Source of the DNA: the human T2T-CHM13v2.0 reference genome, Homo sapiens
DNA length: 64,000 bases
Reading direction: 5' to 3' (one strand)
Assembly: GCF_009914755.1 (NCBI RefSeq)
Contig: NC_060933.1
Part shown: positions 1-16,850 of the stretch, piece by piece
How the letters are laid out: each line of letters starts with the position of its first letter
How positions within the stretch are numbered: position 1 is the stretch's first letter
Position numbers and translations under genes: made by a program
The notes under the pieces: generated by a model
Told to the model about the DNA's origin: nothing
The model's database searches: none
What the model saw: the letters and a program-made list of their open reading frames with translations, nothing else

Positions 1-320
1 ATTCTGCCTTAAAAGTCATATTTCTGCCTTTCCCCATCATTTAAAAAATGTTGTATCTCCTTTGCCGCTGTTTTTATTAGTGTGGTCATATAGTATCCCA
101 TGATTGAAAGTGGGGAAGGAGACATTGCGGCTTTCATTTCATTTTTGGTGAACCAGCAAAAACAAGATTGATGATTTTTCCGTGTGCGTAAGGTATTCTT
201 TCATCTTGTAATTGGTTTTGAAATATTCTCAAGTTCCACTCCAAACTCCACCCTCTGTGCTGAGATTTATGAGAAAATGAATTATCTGAAAGCTCTAAAT
301 AGAATAAAATTACCAAGCAA

Positions 321-445
321 AAGGACTTTGCTGACCATCTAGTCCAACTTTTTTATTTTACAGATGAGAGAATAAATGCCAGAATGACTCCTCCACAGTC
401 ATTCACCCAGCAAGCGTCAGAACCCAGACTAAAACTCCAGACCAA
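321..445 (-). mobile_element. MIR/MIR3 SINE fragment
   Basis: Degenerate core CATCTAGTCCAAC...TTTTACAGATGAG...CAGAACCCAGACTAAAACTCCAG; boundaries approximate. Confidence 0.6.
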
Positions 446-964
446 TCATGTATATGAATGAGGCTTGTATAGATACTTTAGCAGATAACAGTCGTGGTAA
501 TCAAATGACTTTGATTAGCTAATATCAAGGGTGTTTCTAAGGGAAAAATTAAGTCTTCTAGGAAAATGTCTTGAAAATCTGTTTGGGATTGAGGTTGAAG
601 GCTTGAGTTGACAATGGTTGGAAGGAGAGAGAGCTACTCTGTTAGATGTAAGACAAGAATGAGGTGTAGTGTGGGAGCTGGAGACCGTTAGGCTAAAATG
701 GCCAAGGAGATTTTAAGATCAGGGATGTTTAATATTTAATTTTATGCTATTCCAACAGTGGAACAACCACAAGCTATAGTGTGAAAAACCAAGGTTTACT
801 ACACTCAAGAAATCACAGACAGGAAGTATTAACCACTGATTAATTATAGAAACATTAGGGAGGAAATTGAGTTTCCTGTGGAGTAAATAAAAGAGGTTTG
901 ATACATTCATCTCTACATTTTTGGGTATGAGTTGTCCCCAGTTGACCTATGAGATCTAATAGTA

Positions 965-1292
965 TTCTAGCTAACAGCTGTTGTACAGCCTTTCATGTGT
1001 CAGGTAATGGCATAACAACTTTTCACATATTTCTTATAATATTTAGAACATCTTTACAAACTAGTTATTATTATTACCCCTTATTTCTAGAGTACAACAC
1101 ACAGGCTTAGAGAAGTAAATAGTTAGATCCAAATGTTGCCTCCTCCACTTGCTACCTTGGTGATCTCAAGCAGATGATTTAGTCTCTGAGTATCTTCTGA
1201 AATGGGGATAATAATTATGTTCAGATTGAACATGTAGTACTATGTAAATTACCTAGCACAGTGTCTTCAATAGGGAAGGTACTCACTAAATG
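965..1292. mobile_element. Two abutting MIR fragments in opposite orientation
   Basis: 965-1120 resembles MIR reverse (ATTATTACCCC...AGGCTTAGAGAAGTAAA); 1120-1292 resembles MIR forward (TCTGAAATGGGGATAATAA...CCTAGCACAGTG). Confidence 0.55.
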
Positions 1293-1432
1293 GATTGGTA
1301 AATGGAAATTAGGACAACATAAACATATATTTGAAAACATTTCTTAAAGGTTGAATGAGTCATAGTTAAGGGAAATATGACATAATATTCTCATTCTGTC
1401 TTCAAACATAAGTGATGAAGATGTATATTGAA

Positions 1433-1807
1433 TGATATGGTTTGGCTGTGTCCCCACCCAAATCTCATCTTGAATTGTAAATCCCACAATTCACAAATGT
1501 CATGGGAGGAACCTAGTGGGAGATGATTGAATTTATGGGGGTGTGTCTTTCCTGTGCTGTTCTCATGATAATGAATGAGTCTCAGGAGATCTGATAGTTT
1601 TAAAAACAGGAGTTTCCCTGCGCAAGCTCTTTTTGCCTGCCACCATCCATGTAAGACATGACTTGCTCCTCCTTGCCTTTCACTTTCTGCCATGATCTTG
1701 AGGCCTCCCCAGCCATGTGGCTCTGTAAGTCCAATAAATCTCTTTATTTTGTAAGTTGCCCAGTATCAGTTATGTCTTTATCAGCAGTGTGAACATGGAC
1801 TATTACA
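1433..1807 (+). repeat. THE1 5' LTR
   Basis: TG...CA termini; direct repeat of 3377-3750. Confidence 0.95.
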
Positions 1808-3376
1808 GAAATTGGTACCAGTAGAGTGAGACACTGCTGAAAAGATACCCGAAAATGTGGAAGCAAATTTGGAACTGTGTAACAGGCAGAGAGTGGAACA
1901 GTTTGGAGGGCTCAGAAGAAGAGAGAAAATGTGGGGAAGTTTGGAACTGCCTAGAGACTTGTTGAATGACTTTGACCAAAATGCTGATAGCAATATAGAC
2001 AATAAAGTCCAGGCTGAGGTGGTCTTAGATGGAAATGAGTAACTTGGGAACTGGAGCAAAGGTGACTCTTGTTATGTTTTAGCCAAGAGATTTGTAGCAT
2101 TTTGCCTCTGCTCTAGAGCTTTGTGGAACTTTGAACTTAAGAGAGATGATTTAGGGTATCTAGTGGAAGAAATTTCAAAGCAGCAAAGCATTCAAGAGGT
2201 GACTTGGGTGCTGTTAAAGGCATTCAGTTTTATATGGGAAGCAGAGCATACAAGTTTGGAAATTTTGCAGCCTGACAATGTGATGGAAAATAAAATCCCA
2301 TTTTCTGAGGAGAAATTCAAGTTGACTGCAGAAATCTGTGTAAGTAGTAAGAAGCCAAATGTTAATATTCAAGAAAATGGGGAAAATGTCTCCAGGGTAT
2401 GTCAGAGGTCTTCACGGTAGCCCCTCACATCACAGGCCCAGAGGCCTAGGAGGAAGAAGTGGTTTCATGGGCAGGGTCCAGTGTCCCCGTGCTGTGTGCA
2501 GCCTAGGACTTGGTCCCATGTGTCCCAGGCGCTCCAGCTGTTGCCAAAAGGTGCCAACATAGAGCTCAGGCCATGGCTTCAGGAGTGCAAGCCCCAAGCC
2601 TTGGCAGCTTCCATGTAGTATTGAGCCTGCAAGTGCACAGACGTCAAGAATTGGGGTTTGGGAACCTCTGCCTAGATTTCAGAGGATGTAAGGGAACACC
2701 TGGATGTCTAGGCAGAAGTTTGCTGAAGGGGTGGGTCCCTCATGAAGAACTTCTGCTAGGGCATTGCAAAAGATAAATGTGGGGTCATAGCCCCCATACA
2801 GAGTCCCTACTAAGGTACCACCTAGTGGAATTGTGAGAAGAGGGCCATCATCCTCAGACCTCAGAATGGTAGATCCACTGACAGCTTGCACTGTGCACCT
2901 GGAAAAGCCACCAACCCTTGATGCCAGCCCATGAAAGTAGCCAGGAGTGAGGATATACCCTGCAAAGCCACAGGGGTGGAGCTGCCTAAGACCATGGGAA
3001 CCCACCTCTTACCTCAGCATGACCCAGATGTGAGACATGGAGTCAAAGAAGATCATTTTGGAGCTTTAAGATTTGAATGCCCTGCTGGATTTCAGACTTT
3101 CATGGGGACTTTAGCCCATTTATTTGGGACAATTTCTCCCATTTGGAATTGTATTTACCCAATACCTGTGTCCTCTTTGTATGCAGGAAGTAACTAACTT
3201 GCTTTTGATTTTACAGGCTCATAGCCATAAGAGACTTGCCTTGTCTTAGATAAGACTTTGGACTATGGACATTTGAGTTAATGCTGAAATGAATTAAGAC
3301 TTTGGGGGACTATTGGGAAGGCATGATTCATTTTGAAATATGAAAACATGAGATTTGGGAGGGGTGAGGTGCAGAA

Positions 3377-3750
3377 TGATATGGTTTGGCTCTGTCCTGA
3401 CCCAAATCTCATCTTGAATTATAACTCCCACCATTCCTACATGTCATGGGAGGGACCCAGTGGAAGGTGATTGAATTATGGGGGTGGGTCTTTCCTGCTG
3501 TGTTCTTGTGATAGTGAATGAGTCTCAGGAGATCTGATGGTTTTAAAAACAGGAGTTTCCCTGCACAAGCTCTCTTTGCCTGCCACCATCCATGTAAGAC
3601 ATGACTTTCTCCTCCTTGCCTTTCACCTTCTGCCATGATCGTGAAGTCTCCCCAGCCATGTGGAACTGTAAGTCCAATAAACCTCTTTATTTTGTAAATT
3701 GCCTAGTCTCAGGTATGTCTTTATCAGCAGTGTGAAAACTGACTAATACA
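3377..3750 (+). repeat. THE1 3' LTR
   Basis: TG...CA termini; direct repeat of 1433-1807. Confidence 0.95.
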
Positions 3751-3994
3751 CTGAAGTAGCCTATTATGAGGAAGAAAACTTTTATTCTATTCCAAAAATT
3801 TAATAAAGATTGGGATTATGAAAGGCTTGACTATATTTTCTTTTCCTCTCTTGCTCCTCTTAGTTTCACTCTTCTTCCTTAAAATTTTTTTTATATTGGA
3901 CACTATTCTTAAATAAAATGAATATTATCTCATAACTCAAAGCCGCTCCCCTGGCCTGTTGCCCTTACAGAGGGATATGAGGTTCATATTCTTT

Positions 3995-4293
<299 letters not shown>

Positions 4294-6279
4294 AGGTTCA
4301 TATTCTTTATAGCTAGGTAAACTCTCTGAAAGAAGGAAATTTTTTTTGTTCACTGATCTCTCACAAAGGCCTAGGACAGTTGCTCCGCTTACAGGAGGCA
4401 TTTTAAAAACATTTATGAATGATTGAAAAAATTTTTAAAAATTCAATGTATAGATTCTTTTTACAATATTATGCTATATAATTGTACTGCTGGGAGCTCC
4501 TCCATAGAGTCAGGGGCAGGGAGCATATACTGCTTGCTCAAGCTGTGGTTCCAAACACAGGCAATGAACATCACCGTCTCTAAGATATTACTGGTCAATT
4601 ATAGCCTCTATTTTTTGAATGAGGAAACTGAAATGCAGCAAAAATGTTCTAAAACTGAGTGCAGAAGGCTTTACATCATTAGTGGTTTTCTGACCAGTTG
4701 ACCACAGGCCTCCCTGTTCAACTATTTCAAAACTGCTTGAACTGTCAGACATGCAATAGCCTGACTACTTTATCTGTACATGGGAAAGATCAAAACCATG
4801 GGCACAGAATGCTGACTTAGCTCTTCTTCCTTCCCTATTCTACTTTCCTTCAATAGGTTAATTGTTTTTGTTGTTGTTGCTTTTGTTTTTTCTTTAGTGA
4901 ACCAAACTGTTAATTCTCCCCAGAGACTAATTTGATGTCATACTTTCTAAATTAGAAAAGTTTGCTGAAGAATTTCTCTAATGTCTCTGTACAGGCCAAC
5001 TGTAGCACACTGCCAACAAGAATTTGAATTCAGTGTAATTTGCTGGAAATGTTTGAGAACTTGGCATTCCCAACGTCTCTGCTCTCTGCTGTGTTAAAAT
5101 TTTAAAAGGCTTTTTCATTCCCCGACACTGGACCCCAGACCTTGAACTCTGACTTTTCCATTCTTACTGCTCACTTAGGAGAAAGAAATTCTGGCCCCAG
5201 GATGGCTTCCTCAGAGGATCATCCTGATAACTAAAACCCCAATGTGCCTTTTTTAGTCCCTTGTGGGTTTTAGTAAAAGTCATCTGGGAGAGTCTTAGAG
5301 TGCCTTGAAATCTCTGCATAAGTATGGAGAAGTCCTTGTGACAAAAAACATCTAATGCCGTTATTAATAGGCACAACAGAAAGACTGGAGTGAATTTTTA
5401 GTGACATAGTCAAGCAAATCCTCAGACTTTCCTATAGCCCCAGTTAGAAGCACGTTGGATTAGATCACTAGAGTCAATCGGTCAACTCATAAATGACCAA
5501 TGGGGAAGAGAAAGAGAAAACTATATCCCCAAGACTGATATTTTGTGGAGATTAACAAGAATATCTACAATATTTGTGTATAAACATCTGTGAGATTAAC
5601 AATAAATTTTAGACACTATACACATATAGATATAATTACAAGTATATATGGACAAGAAATAAAGCATACAAATGTATAAGTCATGTGTCCTTCAAAACTA
5701 TTCCTTTTTTTTCTCTCCTCTGTTTTTCATCAATCCATTGAGGTCACACAGCTGTGATTCAGGCCTTGGTGACAGAGATGAATCAGAGATGGCACAAGGG
5801 CCTGGAATTCTTGGCCAGCCTTACAACAAATTGTTCATCCATCAACCAGAAATGATGCATTGCTCTGATTCTGTTACGGTGGCCCCCAAATGTTAGCTAG
5901 GATATTTTGGAATTATTCCTATTACTTAGGCAGAGCCTCCTATCTTATTTCTGCTTCTTCACATAATACTGAAAAAAAAAATGAGTAATAGGAAAATTAT
6001 CCTTAGTTCTTTGAGACTTCTTCAAAATGCCAGAGTGCTACCATGTTTTCTAGTTTACTTAGAGTCTCGAATGAAATGCTTTTCTTGGTTCAGGTTGAAC
6101 AGATAAGATCTGATATACCCAAGTAAAATGAGTAATATTGATTATATAAATTATTATTTTCCTGCACTCCAATTTTAGACACAGGTTTCTCAGTGGGCTA
6201 TGTGCTAGGTATCTCAAATGATGTCTACCAAGCTAGCCTCAGATTAAATTAATTTTAATTAACTTTCACTTAAAAATTA

Positions 6280-6520
6280 TTGGTTAAGAACTTGGGCTTG
6301 AGAATCTTACTGGTCTAGATTCCATTTGTAGTTTAATCACTTATTTGTTACGTGTCTTTAGACAAGTCTTTAAACTTTGAAGTCTCAATGTGGTCACCTG
6401 AAAAAAGAGGAGAGTAATATTTACCTCATAGGTTGGTTAAGGTAAATTTTTTTATTTATAAGAAATAAATGAGATAATGTGTACCAAATACTTAGCACAG
6501 TCCACAAGCTAAATGGCAGC
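6280..6520 (+). mobile_element. MIR SINE
   Basis: TGGTTAAGAAC...TTACCTCATAGGTTG...AAATGAGATAATGT...CTTAGCACAGT follow MIR consensus order. Confidence 0.7.
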
Positions 6521-7249
6521 TGGTTTAACATCATGATGTTAGGGGCATATGGCTTGGTTTAACAAATAAGGCTTATAGCTGAGAATAAGGAAATTACTGA
6601 GAATAAAGTAAGTGCTCCATATTTGAGGTCTAGAGAAGCATCTTTTGCAGAGGTTTACTACCTCTCTACATGGCCGCTAGGAGAAACCATCTCATCTCAA
6701 AATGGAGCAGGGGGGATTGGGGGGTTGATAAAGGGGAGAATATCCTCAGTTTTATGTAAGTGCAGTACTGATGAGCAAAAGCTACTCCTTATTCTGACTT
6801 TCTTGTGGGAGAGAGGACATGAATACTTCCCCTTTTTGAAGCCAAATGGGTACAACCTCAAGATTTGGAGAGGCTGCAGTATCATACCCCACTGGTCTTC
6901 TGTCTAGCTACTTACATTGCTTACCTGCACTTACCTTCTGACATAGATGAAATAGTACTGGAGAGAGATAATGAGGTTCCCAGAGTGTGGAAGAAGGATT
7001 CTTTAGGAGCTACACACCTTGAGTGGGAGGGAGAGCTTATGGGTCAAATGAGAGTAAGGGGTCAGTGATGCCAGAGAGACCACAGGAAGGATTGGGTTCT
7101 GCTGGAAGAAGTGGGAGTTTCCCAGGGAACTGACAGTGTTTGAAAACCAAGGAACTGACAATGTTTGAAAAGAAGATGCTTTGAATAGAATCTGAGAGTG
7201 AAGCTCTAAAATAAACTGCTGAATCTTAAGAACAAAATAACATTGTTTA

Positions 7250-10822
<3,573 letters not shown>

Positions 10823-11339
10823 GGCTGTTTTAATAACTGTCCATGAAGTTGGATAGATTTATTAATAGAATTCCCTGCTCAGGGAAAAAGGGGAGCTTGC
10901 TAAATTATATTTATGCCATCTTGGAGCCAGAAACAGAATGTGAAATACTTCAATCTTTTTGAGTCTTAAATAAGATCAATCTACAAATGTGGTATCTCTC
11001 CTCTGATTTTATGACATTTAATTTTTTTACTTCATGGAATTTCTATGGGTTTAGACCATCTCAGCCTTATATTTTCATTACTGTTCCCCTAAGAGCCTTT
11101 TTAGATTTATTTAGGTTTCCCTCCCCCCATGAAATCTTAATATCCCAGTTCTACTGTATATCTCTTTATGTGCTCAATGTGTATTTGTGCTTTATACATA
11201 ACAAGAGCAAGATTCTTTTAACCTCAAGAATCAGTTTTTATCCCTTTGGGCGCAATATTGCCCCTGTGGAGATTGCATGGTTTTGAGTGACAGAGAGAAG
11301 CCCCTAACTAAGTTGAGTCTTAGTTTCCTCATCTAAGAA

Positions 11340-11440
11340 TTCAGTTCAGTTCAATCAATATTTCTTACGCTCTAGGCATTGTTCTAGGGCCTAGAGCTTC
11401 AAAGGTGCAGGAGACATGGATGCTATTCTTACAGAGATGA
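11340..11440 (-). mobile_element. L2 3'-end fragment
   Basis: TTCAGTTCAATCAATATTT...CTAGGCATTGTTCTAGG pattern typical of an L2 tail. Confidence 0.5.
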
Positions 11441-11754
11441 TTGCTGTGTGTTCTGCACAGAGCAGTTTCAGTATGTAATATGTTCCATAGCAAGGTTTAT
11501 GATGGGCATAGTAGTTTTTCTTGAATGATGTCTTTAGGAGATTGTGAAATTATTTTTTCTTTTCTAATTTTTAAAATTTTATTCTAAAATATAATTAGAA
11601 ATATTTTTACTGAAAAAAGAGATTTCTCAAAATGTTGGAGTTGAGAAGACTCTAGAGATTATCTCATTCAAACATCGTGGGTCCTCAGGCACATATGGAA
11701 TAGTTGTTGCTGCTGGCTACTGACTTGGCCATAACTATTCGTCTGTTGCTATCA

Positions 11755-11905
11755 CTTCAGTCCCAACTCTGTTGCCATCAGACTGAGTGACCTTGGTTAA
11801 ATTATTGACCATTTCTAGGTCTCCATATCCTCACTTGTGAAATTTAGAAGATGAACTAAAGGAATTTCCAAGACTTTTTTCATTATGAAAATCTTAAGAT
11901 TCTCA
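11755..11905 (+). mobile_element. MIR3-like fragment
   Basis: GTGACCTTGGTTAAATTATT...CCTCACTTGTGAAAT...AAAATCTTAAGATTCT. Confidence 0.55.
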
Positions 11906-12104
11906 GATATTTTTCTTATGTGTACAATGAGGGGTGCTAGTATTCAAAAACAGTGTAAAAATTAATGTAGCATATTATTTAATAGAAGCATATACCTTCC
12001 CTTTGGGATAAAAACTGAAAATAAGCCAGACTGTATGTTAGACAGCAAGACTGATTCTTTGTTTAATTTTTCATGTATTTTCCTAAATCAGCCGAAATCC
12101 TAAT

Positions 12105-12373
12105 CTCTTGTCACCCAGACTAGAGTGTGGTGGTGCAATCTCGTTCACTGCAACCTCTGCCTCCTGGGCTCAAGCAATTCTCCTGCCTCAGCCTCCTGAG
12201 TAGCTGGGATTACAGGCACATGCCACTACTGCCTGGCTAATTTTTGTATTTTTAGTAGAGACGGGGTTTCACTATGTTGGCCAAGCTGGTCTCGAACTCC
12301 TGAACTTAAATGATCCACCTGCCCCAGCCTCCCAAAGTGCTGGGATTACAGGTGTGAGCCACCATGCCCGGCT
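12105..12373 (-). mobile_element. AluS lacking its last ~15 nt and poly-A tail
   Basis: Alu homology from CTCTTGTCACCCAG to CCATGCCCGGC; no T-run and no clear TSD. Confidence 0.93.
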
Positions 12374-13217
12374 TCCTTCAGACTTTTTAAATGCTTTTTT
12401 TTTCTACCTCCAAAAAGCACAAGTGAAGTCCTGCCTGAATTGATTTCTTTACTATGTTTGAAATTGATTTTGGGTATGTGGCCAAACATTGTAATTCTTA
12501 GTTCAATGATCAGCAATTTTCATTATTTACTAACATTACATTGAATTGCCAGTATGAGAAAATTATTATTGGCAATAACCTGTTCTGCTCCTTTCTGGAT
12601 CTCATTTACCTCTGTGGTGTTCCTGAACATCTTCTTTTTGTCTATAGGACTCAGGCCAAGACTGGCTAATTCTTTGTCATGATTTAGCACTGAATCATTT
12701 TGGTTGTTCTCTGATGTGTGATCTCAGACATAGAATGTCCTCCTATAGCATTCTATGCAAAACTGCACATAGCAGCATTCCCTAGTGAAATTTCATCAGT
12801 ACTTTATGTGTTGCCAAAATAACATCAAATACCATAAAATATGCTTTATAATAATCTTACTTGCTTTTCTTTCTCAACTGTCAAAGATTATACAGATGGT
12901 TTGGTGAAAAGTCCACATTTACTCCCACAGAGTTCCCTTCACATTTCTACTTGATAATAATTTTTAACATTCATTCCTAATCATTTTTTTTTTTGTTATG
13001 AAACAGCTTCATTTTGAGAAGTGGGATAGAAACAATTTTCTCCAGATGAGAGGATGGTAATCCTTTCCCGGGGTTGTGTATGTGGGTTGGGGAATGGTGG
13101 GAAGAGAAGATTCATCACAGCCCACATATTCTCTGTGGACATAATTCTGATTTAAAACATTATGGGTAAACGATGAGAGATTGACAGCATCATCAAGGCA
13201 AAACTGGTGTCCTCGGA

Positions 13218-13406
13218 CAGTGCTATCCAATAGAACTTCCTATGATGATGGAAATGTTCTGTCTGAACTACGCAATATAGTGTCTATTGAGCACTTGAAA
13301 TGTGGCTATTGTGACTAAGGAAATGAGTTTTTAATATTATTTAATTTGTACCGGTTTAAAATGAAATAGCTGCATGTGGCTGGTGGTTACCGTATTCATA
13401 TCACAG
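13218..13406. mobile_element. MER3 (hAT-Charlie) DNA transposon
   Basis: CAGTGCTATCCAATAGAACTTCCTATGATGATGGAAATGTTCT...TTGAGCACTTGAAATGTGGCTA...CATGTGGCTGGTGGTTACCGTATT. Confidence 0.85.
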
Positions 13407-13429
13407 CCCCAGGAAGCAATGTGACTAGA

Positions 13430-13640
13430 CGCAGGGCCCAGAGACCTGTTTAAAGTTGAACTTAAATCTCTGCTCCACTATTTAGGAACTGTTCCTAGGG
13501 AATAGTTGATCTCGTCTTAATAACAGACACAATCATCATACCTGCATCTTAGGGCCGTTGTGGTGAGCAAAAGAAACAATCCATGCAAAACATTGGACAC
13601 AGTGCCTGTTACACAAGTTATACATATTAGGTATTGATTA
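13430..13640 (+). mobile_element. MIR SINE
   Basis: AATCTCTGCTCCACTATTTAG...ATCATACCTGCATCTTAGGGCCGTTGTG...ACACAGTGCCTG. Confidence 0.6.
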
Positions 13641-16600
13641 TTTGAATAATTTTTTAAGAGATGTGATTTGGACTGTTGTATCAAGAAGTTGAAATTATGT
13701 ATCTAGAACTGAAGGTTGAATTTCTCCTTCATATCCCCTCTCAGGAACAATATCAGCTCCAGAAAAAAATTGAGAAAGTAGAAAATCCTTCCTGAGAGAA
13801 CTTTGTAAATCAGGGACCTAACCTTCCTAAAGTTAGTATTTACTTCCTCTCAACATTCTTTGTTTCTTTTCAACATGTGTCTGTCTTCCTATTTCATTTT
13901 GTGTCATTGTTAAAAATCCAGGAATGTAAAAGTTCTTCATAGAACACTTAGTTGGCCGTGATCGGATTATTTCTGGTTTTCACTTCATGTTCCCTTCCAG
14001 GTATTTGTGGAAAGGGATAGTTGTCTGTGGAGAGGCCATCAAATGTCAGGTTGCCAAGCAGCAATCACTTTTGCAAACTATTTGGAAATACCTTGTGTTT
14101 GAACTTCTTGTTTTGTGCCGTCAATCCCCTTCCTCCACAACAAGGACTAAAGCAAGCTGTGTTTAGATGTCTTAATAGGGATGGTCTTAGAATGACACGA
14201 CAATTAGGAAAGAAAAATTTACTTTCTTACTGACCAACACAAGTCACTTATTTTCATATGATGGTTTCAAATATGCACCCTAAAATTTAATTACATAAAC
14301 CTTGCCTTTGGAAGCACCACTGGAATTTAAGGTGCATTTAAGTAATAGTGGATTGTTACTGGATGCCAATGAAAGTGCTTCTAGCTTCTATGTTAATGGA
14401 AAGTAAATTCATAATCAGTGATATGACAATCAGTATCTCATGTCAACCCAATATGCATTCTTTTTTCCTCTTAAGAGTCAGAATAATAAGAAACAGATTT
14501 TGACTTTTATGCTTCCTTTTTGCTTTTCATTTTTGTATGCTGTCAACATCAATGAAAAAGGATGTTGGAAATTTTCTCCATCTTTGCCCCATAATTAAAG
14601 CTGACTTCTTTATTTTGCATCCTGTTCAAAATTGTACAGGACCAAATGTTTACTACAATCCTGCCTCTCTCCTTTAGGGAGCACACGAATGTATATATCC
14701 TAACACTTTATTTGAGGCTGAGTGCCCCCTCATAGCCAGGTGTGCATTTGTTAAATCTAAACTCATAAGCAAGGGTGTCAGAGTATCATGAGCTACAAAA
14801 AATAAAATAAAATAAAACCTGTAACGTCTGGCTGAACATGCCGTCCTTCTGCAGAAGATAATTTATTTGTTTTCTTTCTCTTGCTGAACTGCCACGCTCT
14901 GCCTTTTGACCTCTTTTTTTTTGTTTTTTGTTTTACTGGAATATGGGTAGTTCATACCATTCTCTATTTTCCTAATGATTCTCACTGATAGTGTTAAAAT
15001 GTGACCCCAATATAAATTAATTAAAGATTTTCATTAAACCTCAATCCTGGAACATTTAAATAGACTGCCTCAATTGTTTTTGTTTTAATTTGTGAAACAC
15101 AAGTGTTCTTGAATCATGATTCCTAGTATTTTCCTAGGAATGAGACTACATTAAAATCTTAATTATTCCCTTAAGCTTTACAGGCATTATTTTATTTTTA
15201 TGTCCAATGCCAGTTTAGCACAAAGTACTTTTGCAGTAATTTTCCTTTGGCATTCTATTTTTTTTATCTTTGAGGTTAGGCTTTGAGGTTTATGGAGAAC
15301 ATGTACAGGGGAGGGCAACTGTTACATCAATCATATTTAATCAGTACCTCTTTTCAGAGTTACTTGCATGATGAAACTGAAATATAATCTAAACTGAAAT
15401 AAAAATTATTATTTGAAATCCTTCTTTAAAACTATACAAATATTTAACTGGAACTTATAAAAAGTATTTTATTTACTGATGCAAGAAAGCTATTCACTTT
15501 GCTACTACTATATGTTGAGTTTTCAATCAGAAAGTGATGTGTTATCATTAGGCAATATAGACTAACATTTTAATTTCAAAATCACTAAAATACAAGGCTG
15601 AAAGGAGGCCTTTGTGTTTTAAGTATGTTTTTTTTTGTTCAATTCAAGACAATAAAAATTAGTCTTATCTTCCTGAGGCTGTCCCAATGGGATATTTATA
15701 TATATATGTTTGACTCTATTAATACACTATATTGATCTACAATTCATCTAATTGGTGAGAGGATGTTAATGGATTCCATTAGTCCATTCTCTAATTTCCA
15801 CATGTTCTAAGGACCATAAATCTTTACATCATCTACTTGTAAGGAAGACCCAGTTCCAATAGAACTGGCTAAAAACAGGACAAAGGAAATTTCTAGGAAA
15901 ATTCATTAGCGCAAGTAGGATCCATTCAAATATTCCTAAAGTCTCTCCTTTAGAGATATCAATTCCATTAAAAAAAAACACCTGCTGATAATAGCATATT
16001 ACAAATGCAAATTTGTGCAAAATCTATTCTGTGATATTAGGGGTTATTCAGTTGGTCCTGAATCCTCAATCCCAACTGACCTGCACCATTTTTGCTTGTG
16101 ATTGTTACAGTTATTTTAAGGGGTGTTGTCTAGGAGAGATAACCTATGTAGCTAAAACAATGAGGTCTACTCATTAGGGTTATTATAAGCAAAAGAGAAA
16201 AAGCTTTTTAAATGACTAGCACAGTGCCTGGGACACACAATAAGTACGGTGGCTATGATTATTATGAGGGCCACTTTATCATCTTTAGTAGTTTAGACAA
16301 TAGTGATGGGAGTTGTAAACAAGTGCTTCCTGTCATCCTTCTTTGAGAGTATTCTCCCAGGTGTTTATCTTATAGCTATAACAACAGTAGAAAACCGGAT
16401 GCAATCTTAAAGAACCCCAGAGCAGAGTTGATAGAATTGTTGGCTAACAGTACTAAACCCATCCATGCCAAATAAAACCATCTGGGAATTTGTAGTATTA
16501 AAGCATTAGACTTAGAGGGTTGAACGTCAGGGAGAGATGACCCAGTCAAGGCCCTTATGATTCTGAGAAGAAATCTGATGACCAAGGAAGAAAAGAAACT

Positions 16601-16744
16601 TGCTGAAGATTCCAAAGCTATTGAGTTTAACAAGCCATGAATACAACTGAGATTTTCACGTCATACAACCTTGTACTCTTTCCAATATTTCACAATGTTT
16701 CCACCTTAGTAAATGCTGATTTGGGAACCATATTCCTTTGTTTG

Positions 16745-16850
16745 GCTTTAGTGAATATTTGTTGAGTGCCTGCCATGTGCAAAATGCTATGCTTAGTGTT
16801 GTGGAAGGTGTGAAGATAAACAAGAGTTTGGCCTTCAAAGAAACTTACAT
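16745..16850 (-). mobile_element. L2 3'-end fragment
   Basis: AATATTTGTTGAGTGCCTGCCATGTGCAAAA...GCCTTCAAAGAAACTTACA. Confidence 0.65.

Larger units (their letters stand above)
1433..3750 (+). mobile_element. Full-length THE1 (ERVL-MaLR) provirus, LTR-internal-LTR, THE1C-like
   Basis: LTRs at 1433-1807 and 3377-3750, both TGATATGGTTTGGCT...TACA with AATAAA near the 3' end; MaLR internal region 1808-3376 (AATTGGTACCAGTAGAGTG start, purine-rich tract before the 3' LTR); 5-bp TSD TTGAA/CTGAA; by-eye about 40 differences between LTRs (~11%). Confidence 0.97.

Noticed and set aside
1391-3636. ORFs of 61-108 aa, including two similar ones (MAESERQGG/MAEGERQGG)
   Set aside because: They lie in the THE1 LTRs and internal region; the similarity is just the LTR repeat
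13203-13224. REST/NRSF-like CCTCGGACAGTGC
   Set aside because: Right half-site only, and it overlaps the MER3 end
13975-14105. Acceptor-like TTCCCTTCCAG/G
   Set aside because: No convincing downstream donor and no recognisable peptide
16360-16480. Possible terminal exon (TTATAG acceptor, 32-codon frame, AATAAA)
   Set aside because: Weak pyrimidine tract; peptide unrecognised; chance-level in AT-rich DNA
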